A DNA stretch of 64,000 bases from Candidatus Nanopelagicales bacterium (GTDB lineage Bacteria > Actinomycetota > Actinomycetes > S36-B12 > UBA10799). Both the position numbers and the translations under genes were made by a program. Positions 57,196-64,000 of the stretch are shown piece by piece (positions within the stretch are counted from its first letter, which is position 1; every line of letters begins with the position of its first letter). The DNA is taken from NCBI GenBank assembly GCA_037045455.1, contig JBAOIN010000006.1:128116-192115 (forward strand). The letters run 5' to 3'. The notes below the pieces were generated by a model. The model did not search any database. It saw nothing but the letters and a program-made list of their open reading frames with translations, and had not been told where the DNA came from.

Positions 57196-58371
57196 CAGAC
57201 CTCGTCCCGGGGCCGGGCCAGCCGTCCGACGAACTGCCCGCGCATGTCGTTCTCAACGCGTTCACCGGTCGCCGTGACGCTCTCGTAGACGCCCTCGATC
57301 TCCCGGGCTACGACGTTCCAGTCGAACTGCCGTGCACGGACGTGCCCGAGTTCGGTCAGCTCGGCCCGCCGGGCCGGATCGGCCAGCAGCGTGAGGACGG
57401 CGTCTGCCAACGAGTCCGCGTTCTCGCTGGTGAACATCATCCCGGTCCGGCCATCGTCGAGCACGCGCGCGAAGGCATCGAGGTCGCTGGCCACGACCGG
57501 GGTACCAGCGGCCATCGACTCCAGCAGCACGATGCCGAAGCTCTCCCCGCCCGTATTCGGAGCGACATAGACGTCGGCACTGGCGAACGCGCTGGCCTTC
57601 TCCGCGTCGCTGACGAGACCCGAGGAAGCGGACCGCCGAGCGGACCCGATCATCGACACCGTCGAGCGCTTCGTCCTGATCCCCCGGTCCTGCGATCAGC
57701 AGTTGCGTTCCCGGCTCAGCAGCGAGGATCCGGGGCATTGCGGCCAGCAACACCGGCAGACCCTTGCGCGGCTCGTCGATGCGCCCGATGAAGAACAGCG
57801 TGGGGCCCGAGCGAGGGTAACCGGGAAGCGGCGTCACGCCTTCGAAGTCGGCGCAGGTCACACCGTTGGGGATGAGGACCGCGTCGCCGCCGAGATGCTT
57901 CACCAGTGTCTGCCGCGCAGCTTCGCTCACGGCGATGCGGGCGCTGATCTTCTCCATCGCGGTCTGCATGACGTAGTAGGCCGCGGTCAGCGCGCGGGAG
58001 CGGGTCTGCGACGAGTGATATGTGGCCACGATCGGACCGCGGGCGGCCCAGCATGCGAGCACGCTCAGAGTGGGCGAGGCCGGCTCGTGCACGTGCAGGA
58101 CGTCGAACTCGCCCTCCTTGATCCAGCGCCGCACCCGAGTCGCCGACACCGGTCCGAAGTTCACCTTCGCGACCGACCCGTTGTAAGGCACGGAGACCGG
58201 CTTGCCGCCATCGACGACGAAGTCCTCGAGCGGGTAGTCGGCGTCGTCCACCGGCGCCAGCACGCTCACGTCGTGCCCGAAGCGGCGCAGGGTCAGGGCC
58301 AAGTCGTGCACGTGCGCCTTCACGCCCCCCGGCGACGTCCAGTCGTAGGGGCAGACGATGCCGACCTTCAT
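57195..58371 (-). pseudogene. pimA: GT4 phosphatidylinositol alpha-mannosyltransferase (PimA-like), with one +1 frame disruption as assembled
   Basis: The N-terminus is MKVGIVCPYDWTSPGGVKAHVHDLA.... The junction RFLG|LVSDAEKASAFASADVYVAPNTGGESFGIVLLESMAAGTPVV is at the CCC run 57619-57621. The span is 1177 nt (3n+1). The gene lies in conserved synteny with the acyltransferase and PI synthase genes. Confidence 0.88.
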
Positions 58372-59288
58372 CGGGGCTCCAGGTCAGCCAGGAACACCGG
58401 CTGCAGCATGTGCCAATGGGTCGGGTGCATGCTGATGCCCTCGGCGAGCTGGTCTGCCATCCGCTGCGTGAACTCGCGGGCAGCTGCCAGGAACTCCTCG
58501 TCGAAACGGTCGTGGTGGGTCCAGTCCCCCGTCGGCGGCTCGACTGGCGGAAACACGTGCACGTGGGCGCGGTAGTCGGTGTAGTACAGCGACGCCGCGA
58601 ACATCGGCGCCCCGGTCAGCATGCAGATCGCCGCCGGACCGATGGGCATCTTCGCGGCCTCCCCGAAGAACTCCACCTGCACACCGTGGCGGCTCAGATC
58701 GCGGTCGGCCAGCAGGGCGAGCAGTCCGTTGGCTTTGACGAGCTCGACGAGCTCCTCGAAGACGCCCTCGCCGCCGGCGTGCGGCAGGATCTTCATGCCT
58801 ACGCTGCGGCGGTAGTCCAGGAACTCCTCATACAGCCGCTCCGGCTTGAGCCGCTCAGCAACACTGATGACCTGCGCGAAGTGAATGCTGGCCCAGGCCC
58901 CGGTGAGGTCGTAGTTCCCACCGTGTGGGACGGCGAACACAGCGCCCTTCCCGCCTGCCAGGGCGTCTGCTAGGTAGTGGTCGTTGATGGCGCGGTGGCG
59001 ATGGGTGATCTCTTCCGGTGTCCAACTGGGCATGCGGAACGCATCGCACCAGTAGCGCATGTAGGAGCGCATGCCCTCACGGGACAGTTCCCGCAGTTCG
59101 GCCTCGGTCGCGTCCGGCACCACTCGTTGCAGGTTCTTCTCCAGTTGCCGGACACCCTTGCCACGGCGGCGCCAGAGTTGATCGCCCATTCGCAGGAACG
59201 CGCCATACGCCGCCTTCTCAGGCAAGGCCCGCACGATCCGCCAGCCGGTCGCGTAGACCCAGTAGGTCACCTCGTCCTGGATGTTCAT
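58368..59288 (-). CDS. Lauroyl/myristoyl (LpxL/HtrB family) acyltransferase, the PIM acyltransferase position
   Basis: The ATG at 59288 (MNIQDEVTYW...) overlaps the PI synthase stop (ATGA). The HGGNYD acyltransferase motif is present. The upstream part of ORF 58368-59918 is out-of-frame overlap. Confidence 0.88.
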   Translation of the reverse strand: MNIQDEVTYWVYATGWRIVRALPEKAAYGAFLRMGDQLWRRRGKGVRQLEKNLQRVVPDATEAELRELSREGMRSYMRYWCDAFRMPSWTPEEITHRHRAINDHYLADALAGGKGAVFAVPHGGNYDLTGAWASIHFAQVISVAERLKPERLYEEFLDYRRSVGMKILPHAGGEGVFEELVELVKANGLLALLADRDLSRHGVQVEFFGEAAKMPIGPAAICMLTGAPMFAASLYYTDYRAHVHVFPPVEPPTGDWTHHDRFDEEFLAAAREFTQRMADQLAEGISMHPTHWHMLQPVFLADLEPR

Positions 59289-59887
59289 GCGGTGGCCTGC
59301 CGGTACACGTGGACCAGCCGTTGTCCGACGGTGATGACGACCAAGACGGCGAGCACGATCAGCGCCGCAGGCAGCAGGTAGGGCACGCCGAGACCGTAGA
59401 AGAACGCGGGGACGAGAAGGATCAGCATTCGCTCGGTGCGTTCGGCGATACCGACCTTGCACTCCAGCCCGATGCTCTCGGCCTTCGCCCGCGCATAGGA
59501 GATCACGAACCCACCGACCAGGCAGATCAGGGCAGCGGCTTGCACCCAGACGTTCTGCGTGCGGACCGCCCAGATCACCACGGCACCGAAGATGGCGCCG
59601 TCCGCAACGCGGTCCAGGGTGGAGTCGAGGAACGCACCCCAGACGCCGGTGCGGTTCTGCAGCCGCGCCATCGTGCCGTCCAGCATGTCGCTGAAAACGA
59701 ACAGCAACATGATCAGGATCCCGATCACGAACTCGCCGCGCGGGAAGAACGCGAGGGCTGCGGCGCTGACACCTACGGTGCCGATGAAGGTCACCGCGTC
59801 TGGCGACAAGCCGATCTTCAGCAGCCCCTTGGCGACCGGTTCCACGACCTTGGCCAGCACGGAACGCGCATTGGTCTGATTGAGCAT
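59285..59887 (-). CDS. pgsA: CDP-alcohol phosphatidyltransferase (phosphatidylinositol phosphate synthase-like)
   Basis: 200 aa with the motif SDMLDGTMARLQNRTGVWGAFLDSTLDRVAD. Confidence 0.9.
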   Translation of the reverse strand: MLNQTNARSVLAKVVEPVAKGLLKIGLSPDAVTFIGTVGVSAAALAFFPRGEFVIGILIMLLFVFSDMLDGTMARLQNRTGVWGAFLDSTLDRVADGAIFGAVVIWAVRTQNVWVQAAALICLVGGFVISYARAKAESIGLECKVGIAERTERMLILLVPAFFYGLGVPYLLPAALIVLAVLVVITVGQRLVHVYRQATA

Positions 59888-59938
59888 GCGCGGTCCCTTC
59901 GGTGCACGGTGGCGTCACTTCATGCTATTAGTCACCAC

Positions 59939-60802
59939 GTGACCCTTCGGAGTTCCGCCGCGCCCAGCGTGGTCGCCGTGTTCGGACTCGAGGACGCCTC
60001 CGCGCGGTGGCTGACTCGTGCCATGCGGGACGCCGGGGTGGTGGCCGTGCACCTCCGGCCCGATCTGCCGCCGGCCGCGGCCCACTCCGTGCTGTCCGCG
60101 GTGGATGCGGGAGTGCACATGGTCAGCGCCCGGCGCGGCATGGACGCGACGTTCCTGGAGTACTGGCAGTTGCTCGGGGAGCTGGGCCGTGCCCGGTTCG
60201 TCGCAGTGCACGACCTCGGGCCCATCGCGCTGGACATCAACGAAGTCGCGGCGATCGCGGGCCGCGTGCTTGAAGAAGACGTGCACCCCCTCACCATGCC
60301 GCTGCTGGACGACGACGAGAGCGTGATCGGCGTGCTGGACGTGGCCTCGGGCGAGCAGTGGTTTCCCGACGGATCAGTGCAGGCGCCGCGGGCGGACTTC
60401 GTGGAGGCGGTCGAGGCCGAGACCAACGTATTGCGCGACGAGGTGGGCGAGGACGTGCTCGCCGCTGTCCTTGCCGGCGATGTGGCGGTAGCGGTGACCG
60501 TGGATGCGCACAGCCGCGCGGGTGTCGGCTGGCTCGGAAGGCATCTGCCAGCCCGAACCATCCCTGGGTCTGCCGTGGTCCTGCCGGGTGATCACCCGGC
60601 ATCGGTGCTGGTGGCCGCCGGGACCGAGCCGGTCGCGCTGGGCCCGGCACTGGCCGTCACTGGCACGCAGACCATGACCGTGCGCGTGCAGTCGTTGCAG
60701 GGAGTGCTGGAGCCGGCGCTTCTGGCCGAGTTGGCCCCCGCAGCAGTCGCAGCGGCGCAGATCGACCCTGTTCCGGACGTGGGGTCCCTGCTGATCCACT
60801 GA
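59939..60802 (+). CDS. Hypothetical protein with a remote EF-G/EF-Tu G-domain plus domain II resemblance and degenerate GTPase motifs
   Basis: This is the tail of ORF 59018-60802. I chose the GTG at 59939 because it is the first in-frame start after the divergent pgsA gene. The segments VVAVFGLEDASARW, AVDAGVHMVSARRGMDATFLEYWQLLGELGRARFVAVHDLG and PLTMPLLDDDESVIGVLDVASGEQW line up by eye with EF-G G1, G3-G4 and post-G-domain segments, but without GKT, DxxG or NKxD. Confidence 0.5.
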   Translation: MTLRSSAAPSVVAVFGLEDASARWLTRAMRDAGVVAVHLRPDLPPAAAHSVLSAVDAGVHMVSARRGMDATFLEYWQLLGELGRARFVAVHDLGPIALDINEVAAIAGRVLEEDVHPLTMPLLDDDESVIGVLDVASGEQWFPDGSVQAPRADFVEAVEAETNVLRDEVGEDVLAAVLAGDVAVAVTVDAHSRAGVGWLGRHLPARTIPGSAVVLPGDHPASVLVAAGTEPVALGPALAVTGTQTMTVRVQSLQGVLEPALLAELAPAAVAAAQIDPVPDVGSLLIH

Positions 60803-60812
60803 AGATCAACAT

Positions 60813-60867
60813 CACCGTTTGGACAGGATTGCACCGTTCCGAACGGTGCAGGAATGTTCAAACGGTG
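60813..60867. terminator. Nested palindrome (bidirectional terminator) between convergent genes
   Basis: The inner stem pairs tgcaccgttc with gaacggtgca (60830-60850). The outer stem pairs caccgttt (60813-60820) with aaacggtg (60860-60867). Confidence 0.6.
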
Positions 60868-60880
60868 AAACGAAGCCGAG

Positions 60881-61390
60881 TCACCACGCCGCGGCCAGCA
60901 ACTCTCGCGTCTCCTCCAGCAGCGTGGGCATGGTCTTCGTACCGCCCACCACCGTGATGAAGTTGGTGTCCCCGCCCCAGCGCGGCACCACGTGCTGGTG
61001 GAGATGTCCCGCGATTCCGGCACCCCCGATGGACCCCTGGTTCATGCCGATGTTGAACCCCTGCGGCCCGGCGACCGAGCGCATCGCGGTCATGGCCTGC
61101 TGCGTCAACCGGCTGAACTCCGTCACCTCGGGGTCGGTCAATTCGGTGTAGTCAGCGATGTGCCGGTACGGGCAGATCAGCATGTGCCCGGGGTTGTACG
61201 GGTAAAGGTTCAGCACGACGAAGCACAGCTCGCCGCGATACACGATCAAGGCCTCGTCGTCGGGCAGGCCGGGAACCCGGCAGAAAGGACAGTCGTCACC
61301 AGCCTGGGTGTGCGGGGGACGGTTCTCACCCTTGATGTAGGCGATCCGGTGCGGGGTCCACAACCGCTCCCACGCCGACGCGCCGGCCAT
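60881..61390 (-). CDS. HIT family protein (Ap4A phosphorylase-like, as found next to thrS in mycobacteria)
   Basis: 169 aa with the histidine triad GHLHQHVVPRW. Its ATG overlaps the thrS stop. Confidence 0.88.
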   Translation of the reverse strand: MAGASAWERLWTPHRIAYIKGENRPPHTQAGDDCPFCRVPGLPDDEALIVYRGELCFVVLNLYPYNPGHMLICPYRHIADYTELTDPEVTEFSRLTQQAMTAMRSVAGPQGFNIGMNQGSIGGAGIAGHLHQHVVPRWGGDTNFITVVGGTKTMPTLLEETRELLAAAW

Positions 61391-63344
61391 CAGACCTGCC
61401 GCTTCTCTGCCACCGCCAGCGCGATCTCCTGGATCGCCTCGGCCACCGGAATTCCGTTGCGCTGGGTCCCGTCCCTATAGCGGAAGCTGACCGCCCCGGC
61501 AGCGATGTCCTCGTCGCCCGCGATCAGCATGTACGGAACCTTCTGCTTCTGGGCGTTGCGGATCTTCTTCGGCATCCGGTCGGAACCGGCGTCCACCTCC
61601 GCCCGGATCCCCTTGGCCCGCAACTGTTGAACGACGTCCTGCAGGTAGTCCGCGTGGTGGTCGGCCACCGGAATCCCCACCGCGGTGACCGGGGCCAACC
61701 ATGGCGGGAACGCTCCGGCGTAGTGCTCGAGCAGAACGGCGAAGAACCGCTCAATGGAGCCGAACAGCGCGCGGTGGATCATGATCGGGCGTTCCCGGGA
61801 ACCGTCCGCGGATTGGTACTCCATGTCGAAGCGCTGCGGCATCTGGAAGTCCACCTGGATGGTCGACATCTGCCAGGTGCGACCGATCGCATCCTTGGCC
61901 TGCACGGAGATCTTCGGGCCGTAGAACGCAGCGCCGCCCTCGTCCATGACCAGTTCCAGGTCCTGCCGCTTGGCTGCCTCGTAGAGGATGTCGGTGGCCT
62001 CCTGCCACTCTTCGTCGGTCCCGATACTCTTCTCGGGATCGCGGGTCGACAGTTCGAGGTAGAAGTCGGTGAGCCCGTAGTCCTTCAGCAGATCCAGCAC
62101 GAATGTCAGCAGGCTGTCGAGTTCTTCGGGCATCTGCTCGCGAGTGCAGTAGATGTGGGCGTCGTCCTGGGTGAAGCCGCGCGCCCTGGTCAAGCCCTGC
62201 ACGACCCCGGACTTCTCGTAGCGGTAAACGGTGCCGAACTCGAACAACCGCAGCGGCAGCTCCCGATACGACCTGCCGCGCGCGCCGTAGATGAGGTTGT
62301 GCATCGGGCAGTTCATCGGCTTGAGGTAGTACTGCGCGTTATCCATGTCCATCGGTGGGTACATGCCGTCGGCGTACCAGTCGAGGTGGCCGGACTTCTC
62401 GTAGAGTGCGGCCTTGGTCACGTGCGGGGTGTTGACGAAGTCGTAGCCGGCGTCGATGTGGCGCTGCCGGGAGTAGTCCTCCATCACGTTGCGGACGATC
62501 CCGCCCTTGGGGTGGAACACGGCCAGACCGCTGCCGATCTCCTCCGGGAAGGAGAACAGGTCGAGTTCCGAGCCGAGTTTGCGGTGGTCGCGGCGGGCGG
62601 CCTCTTCCAGGAAGGTCAGGTACTCCTTGAGCTGGTCCTTGCTCGGCCAGGCGGTGCCGTAGATGCGCTGCAGCTGCGGGTTGCGCTCGTCGGACAAGCC
62701 AGTACACCGCGGCGGTGCGCATCAGCTTGACCGCGTTCTGCGGGATGTAGCGGGTGCTCGGTACGTGCGGCCCCCGGCACAGGTCCGACCAGCAGACTGC
62801 ACCGTGCCGGTCGACGTTGTCGTAGACGGTCAGCTCGGAGCCGCCGGTCTCCATGATCTCGTCGGCGTTGCCGCCCTTCTTGCCGATCAGCTCGATCTTG
62901 AAGGGCTCGCTGGCCAGTTCCCGATGCGCCTCGTCCTCGGTGACTACCCGACGGCTGAAACGTCTGGCCGGCCTTGAGGATCTCGACCATCTTCTTCTCG
63001 ATGCGGGTCAGATCGTCGGGGTGGAACGGCTGGTCGACCATGAAGTCGTAGTAGAAACCGTCCTTGATGGGCGGGCCGATCCCGAGCTTGGCGTCGGGGA
63101 ACAGGCTCTGAACGGCTTGGGCCATGACGTGCGTGGTCGAGTGCCGCAGAACCGCGAGCCCTTCAGGATCGTCGGCCCCCACCGGTTCGATGACGTCGCC
63201 GGCTTGCACTGAGTAGGTCAGGTCCTTGAGCTCGCCGTTGACGCGGGCAACGAGTACCGAGCGGTCGCCGTCGAACAGGGCGGCTGCCGTAGTTCCTGGC
63301 TCCACCGAACGCGATTCACCGGAGACGGTCACGTCGATCGACAC
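61390..63344 (-). pseudogene. thrS: Threonine--tRNA ligase, with two +1 frame disruptions as assembled
   Basis: The TGS N-terminus (MSIDVTVSGESRSV...) runs through ...EILKAGQTF. The next frame reads [47 protein letters not shown]...MRTAAVYW. The following frame reads [22 protein letters not shown]... to the stop. The junctions are at the AAA run 62958-62960 and the AA at 62696-62697. The span is 1955 nt (3n+2). Confidence 0.92.
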
Positions 63345-63428
63345 GGCAGGGCCTTTCCTAGGGGACGCGCCCAGTCTAGTGAGAGTGGGGTGTCGCGCCT
63401 GCGCTGGCGTTCAGACACCAGGCCCGAA

Positions 63429-63519
63429 TTGTTGCGTTGTTGTTCTGACTGCTGCGTTGTTGGTGACAACCAAGATCAAAAACACCAACAACGCGACAGC
63501 GAGAACAACAACGCGACAG
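63429..63519. repeat. Long imperfect palindrome of the GTTGTCGCG repeat family upstream of thrS
   Basis: The left arm is ttgttgcgttgttgttctgactgctgcgttgttggtg (63429-63465). The loop is 17 nt. The right arm is caccaacaacgcgacagcgagaacaacaacgcgacag (63483-63519). The arms are about 37 nt long with a few mismatches. Confidence 0.8.
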
Positions 63520-63527
63520 AACCAGGA

Positions 63528-63997
63528 CTACTTCGTGCGCTTCAACGTCCAGACCACGTACATCTCGCCGGTGACCGTGCCGTCCTCGGTGGCGATGGTG
63601 ATGTCCACCCGGAACTCAGGTCGGGTGCCGGATTCCAGCTCTGCCAGGACTTCTTCGACCGTGCGCGTCATGATGGCCGTGGCGATCACCGGCCCCATGG
63701 CGACCTTGCGGTACTTGATGTTGGCCTCGACCGCGCAGCGGCACGACGCTGTCCGAGGTGATCGGCGAAGTTACCCAGCACCAGCGCGCCCGAGGCGGAC
63801 TCCCCCAGCGTGAACATCGCGCCGGCATGCGGGCCACCGATGTGGTTGTGGTACGGCTGCTGGTCCGGCATCCGCATCACGGCGGTCTTGGCGTCGAGTT
63901 CGACGAACTCCAGGCTCAGCGTCCCCACCATTGGAACCAGCGTTGGCATTCCCGTCTTGACACCCTCGAAGTCCATGGCCTTGAGCATTCCACGCAC
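63528..63997 (-). pseudogene. PaaI/DUF4442-type hotdog-fold thioesterase, with two frame disruptions as assembled; the 5' end is at the window edge
   Basis: ORF 63686-63997 reads ...PYHNHIGGPHAGAMFTLGESASGALVLGNFADHL. A short piece in a second frame reads SDSVVPL. The third frame reads VEANIKYRKVAMGPVIATAIMTRTVEEVLAELESGTRPEFRVDITIATEDGTVTGEMYVVWTLKRTK*, with its stop at 63528-63530. The junctions lie near 63720-63770. Confidence 0.7.
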
Positions 63998-64000
63998 CCT

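Noticed and set aside
58368-59918. 516-aa ORF extending the acyltransferase upstream
   Set aside because: The first roughly 210 aa overlap the CDP-alcohol phosphatidyltransferase gene out of frame. The conserved acyltransferase begins at the ATG at 59288 with an ATGA overlap.

Overview
This window is core chromosome from a visibly high-GC Actinomycetota genome (GC not computed). About 90% of the genes are on the minus strand. The backbone follows the classic actinobacterial order: nusB-efp-pepQ-aroQ-aroB-aroK-aroC, aroE-mltG-ruvX-alaS, rarA-aspS-hisS, relA-secF-secD-yajC-ruvB-ruvA-ruvC, yebC-pdxT-pdxS, and pimA-acyltransferase-PI synthase-HIT-thrS.

The main accessory content is a complete, retractile type IV pilus (T4P) system lying between aroE and aroC (about 8.6-28.7 kb). 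It is in two blocks.
- Block 1: a Roadblock/LC7 protein, a DUF4388/PATAN-like protein, pilB, pilT and pilC, followed directly by two polytopic GT-C-like membrane proteins and a VKOR homologue.
- Block 2: pilA, two minor pilins, a 698-aa PilX-N protein, pilD, pilM, pilN, pilO and a PilP-like protein.
- The blocks are separated by a histidine phosphatase gene and a badly degraded DUF222/HNH gene.

Other notable items:
- an atypical 74-nt tRNA (anticodon CAA, no long variable arm);
- a 50-bp tandem array of terminator hairpins;
- a dispersed intergenic repeat family built on GTTGTCGCG/CGCGACAAC words;
- a conserved 10-mer (ATCCGTTAGA) arranged in 19-bp-phased arrays at two loci;
- a WS/DGAT with a histone-like Lys/Ala/Pro tail;
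- a P-loop-less EF-G-like protein.

Caveat: at least about 20 single-base frame disruptions interrupt otherwise conserved genes, several of them normally essential (nusB, alaS, thrS, relA, ruvX, pdxT, yebC, pimA, pilA). Most sit in short homopolymers and all behave as +1 insertions. I read this as a sequence-quality artefact rather than biology.

I saw no rRNA, no CRISPR array and no intact transposase or integrase.
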